Assembly (NCBI GenBank): GCA_023397215.1
Contig: JAEWUG010000010.1
Span: 1-48,652, forward strand
Source: Nanobdellota archaeon
GTDB taxonomy: Archaea > Nanobdellota > Nanobdellia > Pacearchaeales > GW2011-AR1
Direction: 5' to 3'
DNA length: 48,652 bases
Part shown: positions 18,015-26,056 of the stretch, one piece after another
How positions within the stretch are numbered: the first letter of the stretch is position 1
Layout of the letters: every line of letters begins with the position of its first letter
Notes under the pieces: generated by a model
Told to the model about the DNA's origin: nothing
What the model saw: the letters and a program-made list of their open reading frames with translations, nothing else
Database searches by the model: none
Program-made: the position numbers and the translations under genes

Positions 18015-18028
18015 AAGTCCACATTAAA
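18015..18028 (+). repeat. 14-bp exact direct repeat AAGTCCACATTAAA, copy 1
   Basis: Identical to 19977-19990. It lies just after the oxidoreductase beta stop. Confidence 0.6.
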
Positions 18029-18054
18029 ATTAAAAAAAATAAAAACAAAACTAT

Positions 18055-18420
18055 TTAATTTGCAAAAGGACAATCTTCTGAATTCATATTTGTTCTATGC
18101 ATTCCTTTTCCCATACCAAATTCAGATTTTAATTCTTGCATTTTTTCAAAATCTTGATTTTCTCTAGCTTCTTGAATTAAAGTTCTATATTCTTCTCTTT
18201 CTAAATATCTAGATTTTGCTTGATTAAATACATCTTCATTAATTTGAGATTGCATAATTTCTTTCCAAGAATCATAATCATTGTTCTCAAGAGCTAATTG
18301 AATTTCTTCATGATTTTCAGAAGACATTTTACTACCAAAACCATATGCAGATGCCAAACTAACTCCTAAAATAAGAACCAAAGAAAATGCAAAAATACCA
18401 ATTACTTTTTTATTTTCCAT
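18055..18420 (-). CDS. small secreted helical protein, unknown function
   Basis: Signal-peptide-like 'KKVIGIFAFSLVLILGVSLASA', followed by a charged helical region. Confidence 0.6.
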   Translation of the reverse strand: MENKKVIGIFAFSLVLILGVSLASAYGFGSKMSSENHEEIQLALENNDYDSWKEIMQSQINEDVFNQAKSRYLEREEYRTLIQEARENQDFEKMQELKSEFGMGKGMHRTNMNSEDCPFAN

Positions 18421-18502
18421 TTTTAAAAAATATTACCTCCTTTCATTTGTATCATAAACTTAAAATAAGTAATTTGATTTATAAGAACGATGGATTTTTA
18501 GT

Positions 18503-18712
18503 CTACTTTTTTAATTCTTTTTCACTAAAGAAAAAAACTTCATTGACATTGCTCTTCAGAACTTTTGAAATTTGAAATGCAAGTTTTAAAGAAGGATTAT
18601 ATTTCCCAGATTCAATAAATAAAATAGTTTCTCTTCTAACACCAATTTTATTTGCTAATTGTTCTTGTGTTAGATTATATTTAGCCCTTAATTCTTTAAT
18701 TCTCGTCTTCAT
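18503..18712 (-). CDS. XRE-family helix-turn-helix transcriptional regulator (YozG-like, 69 aa)
   Basis: '[48 protein letters not shown]'. Confidence 0.85.
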   Translation of the reverse strand: MKTRIKELRAKYNLTQEQLANKIGVRRETILFIESGKYNPSLKLAFQISKVLKSNVNEVFFFSEKELKK

Positions 18713-19107
18713 TCTGCATCGCCTTTTTTATATAATAATCTCTGAAAAACAATTGCAGAAAGAATCATTGTAACAAAAACAATACTATAATATTGTTGCG
18801 TATTTACATTTACTAAATTAAAATAATCAAACCAAAAAAATATTGTAATAACTAAAAAAGTTGTAATCCAAGAATAACCTAATCCATACATTGATAACTT
18901 TTTTATTCTCTCATCTTGAATTTGAGGGTATTTTTTTAATCTTCTTTTTCTAAAAATAGATATTATAATTAGAGTTATACCAAAACTTAAAATTGAAGAA
19001 GAAATAGAGGGTTCAAGAAGTTGTAAAAAAATCATAAAAAAACCTGCTAAGAAAAAAGCAATTCCTAATATTATTAAAAAGTCCTCTTTATTATTTATTT
19101 TTTTCAT
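18709..19107 (-). CDS. membrane protein (4 TM), resembles the DUF2178-type partners of YozG-like regulators
   Basis: Hydrophobic segments. 4-nt overlap with the HTH gene. The track start at 19134 is TTG, so I use the first ATG at 19107. Confidence 0.6.
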   Translation of the reverse strand: MKKINNKEDFLIILGIAFFLAGFFMIFLQLLEPSISSSILSFGITLIIISIFRKRRLKKYPQIQDERIKKLSMYGLGYSWITTFLVITIFFWFDYFNLVNVNTQQYYSIVFVTMILSAIVFQRLLYKKGDAE

Positions 19108-19258
19108 TTTGTTTAACAGGTATAAAATAAACAAACCAAATTAGCCAAGTTAACCAACTTAACCAGATTAACTCTCCTCTTAAGACTCCTGGAATAGCAA
19201 AGAATGCAAAAAAACCAAAAAATCCAAGTTTCCAATTTTGTCTTAGTTGTTTATTCAT
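19091..19258 (-). CDS. small (55 aa) Phe/Trp-rich membrane protein, not in the ORF track
   Basis: My own translation is [55 protein letters not shown]. It overlaps the next gene by 17 nt, which suggests a three-gene operon with the HTH. Confidence 0.4.
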   Translation of the reverse strand: MNKQLRQNWKLGFFGFFAFFAIPGVLRGELIWLSWLTWLIWFVYFIPVKQNEKNK

Positions 19259-19384
19259 GTGTTTTACCTAATATTTAGTTATACAAATATAACCTAATGT
19301 TAATTATATATAACATTTACTATTTAAATCTTTTGATTAAACATTAAACTAAAAGTTTAAATAAATCAGAAAAATTAATATTTC

Positions 19385-19717
19385 ATGAAGAGTGAAACAG
19401 GCTCAACACTTTCCCTGATTGCAGGGATATTAAGTTCAATAATCTTATTCTTAGTTTTAATAGTTTTAATTGCAAATATTTCTTATCAAACAAATTTTCC
19501 AATAAAATTATTTCTATTTCTATTTTTTATTTTTTTAATAGGATTAACAATAACCCTATTATTCTTTTTAGCTTCTAAAAAAATGAGAAACAAAAAGACA
19601 ACTAAAGAAGGTGCAATAATTTCCTTAGTAACTGGAATTTTAACATTTAATCTATTCGCAATAATTGGAGGAGCTATTGGACTTTCAGACAGTAAGAAAA
19701 ATGAAAACAAAAAATAA
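19385..19717 (+). CDS. membrane protein (3-4 TM), unknown function
   Basis: Hydrophobic ORF with an ATG start and a TATA box (TTTAAATA, 19356-19363) 22 nt upstream. Confidence 0.6.
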   Translation: MKSETGSTLSLIAGILSSIILFLVLIVLIANISYQTNFPIKLFLFLFFIFLIGLTITLLFFLASKKMRNKKTTKEGAIISLVTGILTFNLFAIIGGAIGLSDSKKNENKK

Positions 19718-19958
19718 AACTGATTATTATAATTTATTTGTTTTGGGATGTATTTTCTTTTTCACAGGATTATTTACACAATTATATGCTTTAATGGGAT
19801 TAGGATTTGTTTTCATAATTAGTGGTTTTACTAATAAAAATCAATGGTATAAAAATCCAAATTCTTGGGTATATTTGAATAAAAAACAAAAGAACAATAT
19901 AAAAATCCTTTTAATCATAATTTTAGTCTTATTAATTATTTTAAGAATCTATTTCTAG
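19701..19958 (+). CDS. small membrane protein (3 TM), unknown function
   Basis: The track start at 19665 is TTG. The ATG at 19701 overlaps the stop region of the upstream gene. Confidence 0.5.
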   Translation: MKTKNKTDYYNLFVLGCIFFFTGLFTQLYALMGLGFVFIISGFTNKNQWYKNPNSWVYLNKKQKNNIKILLIIILVLLIILRIYF

Positions 19959-19976
19959 AATAACATGGATTTAAAA

Positions 19977-19990
19977 AAGTCCACATTAAA
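19977..19990 (+). repeat. 14-bp exact direct repeat AAGTCCACATTAAA, copy 2
   Basis: Identical to 18015-18028. It abuts the TATA box of the gene starting at 20020. Confidence 0.6.
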
Positions 19991-19998
19991 TATAAATA
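19991..19998 (+). promoter_or_regulatory. TATA box (TATAAATA) for the membrane-protein/wHTH pair
   Basis: 22 nt from the ATG at 20020. It is immediately preceded by the repeated 14-mer AAGTCCACATTAAA. Confidence 0.45.
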
Positions 19999-20019
19999 TC
20001 AAATTAAGATAATATTATT

Positions 20020-20727
20020 ATGATTAGACAAATTTCAAGTGGTATGGGAAAAATGATAATAGCAAACTTATCTACAGAAATAATTTATTCATTTATTATA
20101 ATTGTCTGTAGTCTAATGATTTATTTTGGAACAAAAGAATTATACGAATTAAGTTCTCATAAAGGGATAAAATATTTTAGGAAATCATTTCTACTTTTTG
20201 CATTAGCTTATTTTTTTAGAACATTCATAAAATTTTTTGTATTTTATTTTAATTCTCAAGGAATATTATCTATTTCTCCAAGATTATTAAATCCTATAAT
20301 TAGTCAAATAACACTAATTTTTTTTATGTATTTTAGTTCAATGGCAATTTTTTATTTATTATATAGTGTAAATTGGAAAAAGTGGAATCATGAAAACAGA
20401 ATTTATTTATTTCATTTAATTTCAATAATTCTTTCTTTATTTAGTATACTCTCATCAAATCCTTATTCTTATTTAATTGTAAATTTCTTATTATTAATTT
20501 TTGTAATTATTGCAGTTTATACATCATATAAAGAATCAAAGAAAAAAATTAAGAAGAATCATAATTTATATATCATCTATGTATTATTATTATTCTTTTG
20601 GATACTAAATATAGTTGAAATTTTTGTGCCTAGTTTTTTACAAACATTTCAATTATTTCTTTATTTATCATCATTAGGAGTTTTTCTAACAATTTTATAT
20701 AAAGTAATTAAAAAAACAGGAAATTAA
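20020..20727 (+). CDS. polytopic membrane protein (about 7 TM), unknown function
   Basis: 235 aa and strongly hydrophobic. TATA box 22 nt upstream. Followed 1 nt later by a wHTH gene. Confidence 0.65.
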   Translation: MIRQISSGMGKMIIANLSTEIIYSFIIIVCSLMIYFGTKELYELSSHKGIKYFRKSFLLFALAYFFRTFIKFFVFYFNSQGILSISPRLLNPIISQITLIFFMYFSSMAIFYLLYSVNWKKWNHENRIYLFHLISIILSLFSILSSNPYSYLIVNFLLLIFVIIAVYTSYKESKKKIKKNHNLYIIYVLLLFFWILNIVEIFVPSFLQTFQLFLYLSSLGVFLTILYKVIKKTGN

Positions 20728-20728
20728 A

Positions 20729-20998
20729 ATGATTAAAAGAGGAAAATTAGAAATAATAAAAGATATTTTAAAAATCATTCAAGAAAATCATAATTTAATA
20801 AAGCCTACACCACTTTTAAGAAAATCAAATATGTCTTCTACAAGATTTAAAGAATATTTTAATGAATTAAAAGAAAAACAATTAATTATAGAAACAAAAA
20901 AAGAAAAAAGTAAACAGATAGCATTAACAGAAAAAGGAAATAGATTTTTAGAAAGATATCATACAATGATTAATTTTATTGAAGAATTTGAGCTTTAA
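20729..20998 (+). CDS. winged-helix DNA-binding protein (archaeal HTH_45-like)
   Basis: 'RGKLEIIKDILKII...KPTPLLRKSNMSSTRFKEYFNELKEKQLI...ALTEKGNRFLERY'. Confidence 0.75.
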   Translation: MIKRGKLEIIKDILKIIQENHNLIKPTPLLRKSNMSSTRFKEYFNELKEKQLIIETKKEKSKQIALTEKGNRFLERYHTMINFIEEFEL

Positions 20999-21438
20999 TT
21001 CTTTAAAATAATCTTATTTTGTTTTAAAGTTAAATAAAAATTAATTTTATCAAAGACCACTTCGCTAATAAATGCAAATGGAATAGCAACAATAATTGTA
21101 ACAACTAAAACATTCAAAGTAATTGCATTTCCTATTGCAAAATAAAAAGCAGTTAAATCTTCAATTACACCTAACAAAACACCAAAGAATAAAAATTCGA
21201 CAAAAATTTCTAATTTCTTATATTTCTTATTTAACTTAAACATCTTCAAAAAATCAATTCTATCCACAACATATTCACCTAAAAAAGCAAAAGGTAAAGT
21301 AACTAAAAATATAATTATAAAAATTGAAAAAGTAATTGGCTCATCAGTTAATAATTTAATCAATATAATATCTTCAATAATACCAAGAATAATACCACCA
21401 ATTAAAAATTCCAAAAAAATAGAAAACCTGTGATTCAT
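20995..21438 (-). CDS. membrane protein made of two tandem 2-TM repeats
   Basis: Repeat 1 is 'FLEFLIGGIILGIIEDI...LPFAFLGEYVVDRIDF'. Repeat 2 is 'FVEFLFFGVLLGVIEDL...IPFAFISEVVFDKINF'. The track start is TTG, so I use the first ATG at 21438. Confidence 0.65.
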   Translation of the reverse strand: MNHRFSIFLEFLIGGIILGIIEDIILIKLLTDEPITFSIFIIIFLVTLPFAFLGEYVVDRIDFLKMFKLNKKYKKLEIFVEFLFFGVLLGVIEDLTAFYFAIGNAITLNVLVVTIIVAIPFAFISEVVFDKINFYLTLKQNKIILKN

Positions 21439-21454
21439 AAAATAATATATTTTC

Positions 21455-22168
21455 TTAGTATTTAAAACTTTTTTTATTGAATAAATGTTTATTTTCTTTT
21501 TCAAATCTTTTAATAAATCTCTGAAATAAAAAAGACTTCCCCTTACTCAAATAAAAATAACCTGCAAAAGAAGCTACTAAGGCACCAAAAGCATCTAAGA
21601 TTAAATCTACCATACTATCAATTACTCCAATTCTACTATCACAATATCCTTGACTAGAACATAAATATCTTGCTTTTTGCATATTATAACCAAAAATTTG
21701 ATCAATACCAAATTCAAAAATTTCCCAAGTAGTTCCCATAGCTAATGCAAAACAAAATGTAAATAATACAATTGTTTTTGGGCTTGCTTTAAATTTATTA
21801 GTTTTATATAAAGTATACAAAATTAAAAAACCAATAAAACCAAGAGCTAAACCTGAAATTGCATGTAATAAAGAATCCCACCACCAATATCTATAATAAA
21901 AATCTCTAACACCACCTAAAAAAATTCCTGCATAAATAAATAAAACAATAATTATTTCAAGTTCAGATGGAATATCTATATTATATTTCCTTTCAATAAT
22001 TTTAGGTAAAAAAGTTAAACAAAAAGATAAAAGACTTAAAAAAACAAATAAAAAATTATTTTCCCAAACACTAATAGGAATTGCAATAATCAAAACAATT
22101 CTTAAAAAAATTAAAACAAAAAAATTAATCTTATCAATTTTGTTATTATTTTTCACACTTCTCTTCAT
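21455..22168 (-). CDS. polytopic membrane protein, YjdF/DUF2238-like (tentative)
   Basis: 237 aa and hydrophobic. 'WEIFEFGIDQIFGYNMQ...DSMVDLILDAFGAL' resembles the YjdF-type acidic motif pattern. Confidence 0.65.
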   Translation of the reverse strand: MKRSVKNNNKIDKINFFVLIFLRIVLIIAIPISVWENNFLFVFLSLLSFCLTFLPKIIERKYNIDIPSELEIIIVLFIYAGIFLGGVRDFYYRYWWWDSLLHAISGLALGFIGFLILYTLYKTNKFKASPKTIVLFTFCFALAMGTTWEIFEFGIDQIFGYNMQKARYLCSSQGYCDSRIGVIDSMVDLILDAFGALVASFAGYFYLSKGKSFLFQRFIKRFEKENKHLFNKKSFKY

Positions 22169-22209
22169 AATAATTATTTAATTATAAAAGATTATAAACT
22201 TTTTTAATT

Positions 22210-22647
22210 CTAATCACCAGAAACGACATCAACAACTTTAATTCTGAAATTAAGATTTTTTCCTGCTAAAGGATGATTTAAATCAATTTTAATAAATTCG
22301 TCTTTTATTTCAACAATTGGAGCAGGAAATGTTTCTCCTTCAAGAGTTTGTAATCCTAAAAACATTCCAATTTTTGGTTCAATATTTCCAGGTAATTTAT
22401 TCTTTGGAATTTCTTTAATTAATTCTTCATTCTTTTCACCATATGCTTCTTTTGATTCAATCTTAATTTGTTTTTCTTCTCCTTTTTCCATACTTAAAAC
22501 TGCTTTTTCAAAACCTTGAATAACTTGATTTGCCCCTATTTCAAACTCTAAAGGCTGACCACTCTTTTCAGAACTATCAAAAACTTCACCACTATCTAAA
22601 GTTCCTTCATATTCTATTTTCACTTTATCTCCAGATTTTATAACCAT
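22210..22647 (-). CDS. FKBP-type peptidyl-prolyl cis-trans isomerase (SlyD-like, with IF insert)
   Basis: 'GDKVKIEYEGTLDSGEVFDSS', 'PLEFEIGANQVIQGFEKAV' and 'HPLAGKNLNFRIKVVDV'. Confidence 0.92.
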   Translation of the reverse strand: MVIKSGDKVKIEYEGTLDSGEVFDSSEKSGQPLEFEIGANQVIQGFEKAVLSMEKGEEKQIKIESKEAYGEKNEELIKEIPKNKLPGNIEPKIGMFLGLQTLEGETFPAPIVEIKDEFIKIDLNHPLAGKNLNFRIKVVDVVSGD

Positions 22648-22697
22648 ATTAAAGTAAAATAAAAATCTTTTATAAGTGTTATGTAAAAAAATAAATT

Positions 22698-22973
22698 TTA
22701 TGCTTCAATTTTTATAGACATTCCATTAATTAAAGCATTTGAAACTTTTTTTCTAGCTAAAACAACAAGCCTATGAAATGTTGGCTGAGAAATATTCATT
22801 TTTTCTGCACAAACAGATTGATCAAGACCTTCTAAATCTTTAAGCCTTAAAGCTTCTAATTCATCCTTCTGAAGAACAACTTCATCTAAATTTCTCATAG
22901 GAACACCACGAGGTTTAAAATAAGTAACACTTGGAATAAAATTAATATTTCTACAAATACGAGGTCTTACCAT
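22698..22973 (-). CDS. DUF134 (UPF0251) family DNA-binding protein
   Basis: 'RPRICRNINFIPSVTYFKPRGVP...LEALRLKDLEGLDQ..CAEKMNISQPTFHRL'. Confidence 0.85.
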   Translation of the reverse strand: MVRPRICRNINFIPSVTYFKPRGVPMRNLDEVVLQKDELEALRLKDLEGLDQSVCAEKMNISQPTFHRLVVLARKKVSNALINGMSIKIEA

Positions 22974-23038
22974 AAGAATTAATACCTATAATAATATTTA
23001 AAGTTTCTCAAAAAAAGGAAAAAAGAAAAACAAAAAAT

Positions 23039-23281
23039 CTAATTTATTTCTTTAAGTCTTTTCTCAATTTCTTGTTTTTCTAAACCAATCTCTTCTAATT
23101 CAGATTCAAGAATTTTCTTTTCTTCATCTTTAGTTAAAGGAATTGATCTTCTAAAACCATAACCTCTACCAAAGCCTCTTTTACATCCAAATCCTTGACT
23201 TCTTCCATTACCACAAAGTCCTAATCCTCTTCCAGTTAAAGGTCCTTGTCCTAATGGTCCTGTTCTATCTTGTCCGGCCAT
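23039..23281 (-). CDS. DUF5320-family protein (Gly/Arg-rich N-terminus, coiled-coil C-terminus)
   Basis: 'MAGQDRTGPLGQGPLTGRGLGLCGNG...' followed by 'EEKKILESELEEIGLEKQEIEKRLKEI'. Confidence 0.75.
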   Translation of the reverse strand: MAGQDRTGPLGQGPLTGRGLGLCGNGRSQGFGCKRGFGRGYGFRRSIPLTKDEEKKILESELEEIGLEKQEIEKRLKEIN

Positions 23282-23353
23282 ATTTATTTTCTTCCATTTA
23301 GTTATGAATATATATTCATTATACTATTTAAATCTTTTTATTAAATTAAAAAC

Positions 23354-24496
23354 TCAAATTAAAACCTTTATTTTTTCAACCATATCTAACCTTTCCCAAG
23401 GAAAATAATTGTCATAAGAATCTCTACCAAAATGTCCAAAAAAGGAAGTTGGTTCATAAATTGGATTTTTCAAATTTAATGTTTTAATAATTCCACTAGG
23501 AGTTAAATCAAATAATTTATTTATTATTTCTAAGATTTTTTCTTTACTTATTTTCTCAGTATTAAATGTATCTAAATAAACACTTAGAGGTTTTGAATAA
23601 CCAATAGCATAACTTATTTGAATTTCGCATTTATCACAAATTCCTGAAGCAACAATATTCTTAGCAATATAACGAGCAATATATGCTCCAGACCGATCTA
23701 CTTTTGAAGGATCTTTCCCAGAAAAACAACCTCCACCATGACGAGAAACACCACCATAACTATCAACAATAATTTTTCTACCTGTAAGTCCTGTATCTGC
23801 ACAAGGTCCACCTTTTACAAATCGTCCTGTAGGATTAATAAATATCTTTGTTTTATCATTAATATACTCTTTACAAACAGGTAAAATTATTTTATTTTTT
23901 ATTTCTTGTTTTAATTCATTTAAATCTTTAGAAGCAAAATGATGTATTGAGAAAACAACTGAATCAATATACAAAGGTAAATTATCCTCATAATAAAAAC
24001 AAACTTGAGATTTACAATCTACATTAATACCTTTAATTTCTTTATTATCTCTAACTTCTTTTGCTTTTTTAACCAATTTATGAGATAAGTCTAAGGTTAT
24101 AGGAATATATGAATCTGTTTCATTACAAGCATACCCAAACATAATTCCCTGATCTCCTGCACCTTGATCTTCCTTATCAACACCTTGATTAATATCTTCA
24201 CTTTGTTTTGAAATGTTTAAAATAATTTTAACTTTATCTGAATCAAAATCATCATCAATACCCGTATATCCAATATTTTTAATAGTCTTTCGAATTAAAT
24301 TTTTATAATTTAAATTTGCTTTAGTATTTATTTCTCCAGCACAAATTACCAAATTTTTACATACCATTGTTTCAATTGCAACATGTGAATTATTATCTTG
24401 TCTTAAACATTCATCTAGTAAAACATCACTAATTCTATCTGCAATCTTATCAGGATGCCCAACACCAACAGATTCTGAAGTAAAATAATAACCCAT
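23354..24496 (-). CDS. metK: S-adenosylmethionine synthetase, bacterial/eukaryotic MetK type
   Basis: 'FTSESVGVGHPDKIADRISD', 'GAGDQGIMFGYA', 'GLTGRKIIVDSYGG', 'HGGGCFSGKDPSKVDRSGAY'. It is collinear with E. coli MetK along its whole length. Confidence 0.97.
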   Translation of the reverse strand: MGYYFTSESVGVGHPDKIADRISDVLLDECLRQDNNSHVAIETMVCKNLVICAGEINTKANLNYKNLIRKTIKNIGYTGIDDDFDSDKVKIILNISKQSEDINQGVDKEDQGAGDQGIMFGYACNETDSYIPITLDLSHKLVKKAKEVRDNKEIKGINVDCKSQVCFYYEDNLPLYIDSVVFSIHHFASKDLNELKQEIKNKIILPVCKEYINDKTKIFINPTGRFVKGGPCADTGLTGRKIIVDSYGGVSRHGGGCFSGKDPSKVDRSGAYIARYIAKNIVASGICDKCEIQISYAIGYSKPLSVYLDTFNTEKISKEKILEIINKLFDLTPSGIIKTLNLKNPIYEPTSFFGHFGRDSYDNYFPWERLDMVEKIKVLI

Positions 24497-24516
24497 AAAA
24501 TTTAATTATAATTTAA

Positions 24517-24524
24517 GTTTATAA
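24517..24524 (-). promoter_or_regulatory. TATA box (TTATAAAC) for metK
   Basis: 21 nt from the ATG at 24496. Confidence 0.45.
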
Positions 24525-24556
24525 TAATTATTGAGAATAATATTCTTATCAGAATA

Positions 24557-24564
24557 TTTATATA
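24557..24564 (+). promoter_or_regulatory. TATA box (TTTATATA) for the HTH-CBS regulator
   Basis: 22 nt from the ATG at 24586. Divergent from the metK box 33 nt away. Confidence 0.5.
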
Positions 24565-24585
24565 ATTGCTTATATTAAAAATAAT

Positions 24586-25134
24586 ATGTTCTTCCCAGAA
24601 ATTGAATCTATAAAACAAAAAAGACAAAAATTGAATTTAACGCAAAAAGAATTAGCTAAAATTACTAAAGTATCACAAAGTTTAATTGCTAAATTAGAAA
24701 AAGGAGCAATTGAACCTTCATATTCAATAATAAAAAAAATATTTATTGAATTAAATAATTTAGAAAATAAAAATCAAAAAAAATGTTTTGAAATAATGAC
24801 AACAAAAGTTATTACAATCAACTTTTCACAAAAAATATCTAAAGCAATAGAATTAATGAAACAGTACAATATATCACAAATACCTGTTAAAAAGAACAAT
24901 CAAATAATTGGAGTTATCTATGAAAATACAATCCTCTCTAAGTTAAATGACAAAAAAGATTATTCTGAATTAATAAATTTAAAGGTAGGAGATATTATAA
25001 AAGAATCATTACCAACTGTAGATAAAAACACATTAGTAATAAATATCATTCCAATAATAAAAGAAACAAGTGCTATATTAATTACAGACAAAAATAAAAT
25101 AAAAGGAATTATATCAAAATCAGATTTATTATAA
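24586..25134 (+). CDS. transcriptional regulator, XRE-type HTH fused to a CBS-domain pair
   Basis: N-terminus 'LNLTQKELAKITKVSQSLIAKLEKG'. The C-terminal CBS-like segments are 'IMTTKVITI...ISQIPV' and 'LPTVDKNT...AILITDKNKIKGIISKSDLL'. Confidence 0.85.
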   Translation: MFFPEIESIKQKRQKLNLTQKELAKITKVSQSLIAKLEKGAIEPSYSIIKKIFIELNNLENKNQKKCFEIMTTKVITINFSQKISKAIELMKQYNISQIPVKKNNQIIGVIYENTILSKLNDKKDYSELINLKVGDIIKESLPTVDKNTLVINIIPIIKETSAILITDKNKIKGIISKSDLL

Positions 25135-25138
25135 AAAA

Positions 25139-25447
25139 TTATTCTCTTCTACTTAACAAATAATCTCGAACATAAAATCTATTATCTCTATTCTCTAAAA
25201 GATATTTCATATCATTTTCTACTTTTTCTTCTTCATAAGAACCTAAATTAATACATTCAATATTATGATAATAATAATGTAACATCTCATGAACAAAAGT
25301 TTCAACATATTCACTTTTATAAACAGGATTTAAATGAATTATCTTCTTACCTAAATGAATTCCACCCTTTCTATCTTCAATTGCCATTTTAATTCTAAAT
25401 TCATCAGCTAAATCACAAATTTCTTCAATTATATCATCTACTGTCAT
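25139..25447 (-). CDS. small HExxH protein (putative minimal zinc-metallopeptidase-like)
   Basis: 'FVHEMLHYYYH' motif. The ATG at 25447 is preceded by AGGAG. The track start at 25471 is TTG. Confidence 0.55.
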   Translation of the reverse strand: MTVDDIIEEICDLADEFRIKMAIEDRKGGIHLGKKIIHLNPVYKSEYVETFVHEMLHYYYHNIECINLGSYEEEKVENDMKYLLENRDNRFYVRDYLLSRRE

Positions 25448-25546
25448 TTTGTATCTCCTAATAAGTAACAAATAACTTAACTATTTAAATCTTTTTATTG
25501 TTTCAAATTAACAAAACTTAAAAACTAAATAAAATAAAAAAATAGA

Positions 25547-25996
25547 ATGGTAACTTCAATTGATGATTATTTAACATTTGAAAAAAGAAAAAAAATAAAA
25601 AACTTATTAATTAAATCAATAATAGATAATGATCTTGGTAGAAGAGTGCTTAAACTTTATTCAAAAAGAAGTTTAATCTATAAAAGATATGACGAGAACA
25701 TATTATTAAATAACAAGTTAAAATTATTTATTAAAGAGCAAGATAATTATTTAGGAGGACTAGCTGAATCAATCTTAACATATAGAGAAAGAGAAATGCA
25801 ATTACCCCAATCTATTTTTGAGTATAAAAGACCTTTTGGAGGTGCATTTTTAATTAATGAAAAATCACAAGGTTCATTTAAGAGATTTTCTGCAAAAGAT
25901 GCAGGAAGTTATCAATTACACATAGGTAAGAAAGCAGGATTAAATCAAATAAAATTAGACAAAAATGCTTGTAGATATCAAAGAAGAATAAACTAA
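25547..25996 (+). CDS. hypothetical protein (149 aa, basic)
   Basis: ORF with an ATG start. No motif recognised. Confidence 0.55.
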   Translation: MVTSIDDYLTFEKRKKIKNLLIKSIIDNDLGRRVLKLYSKRSLIYKRYDENILLNNKLKLFIKEQDNYLGGLAESILTYREREMQLPQSIFEYKRPFGGAFLINEKSQGSFKRFSAKDAGSYQLHIGKKAGLNQIKLDKNACRYQRRIN

Positions 25997-26056
25997 AAAA
26001 CTTTAAAATTGTCACATCACATAAAAAGTTAAAAAGTTTAATATTATTATTCTATT

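Noticed and set aside
19266-19298. ACCTAAT repeated 26 nt apart in the divergent intergenic region, as a defined operator.
   Set aside because: A 7-mer repeat in A/T-rich DNA is weak evidence. It is mentioned only as a possibility under the XRE trio.
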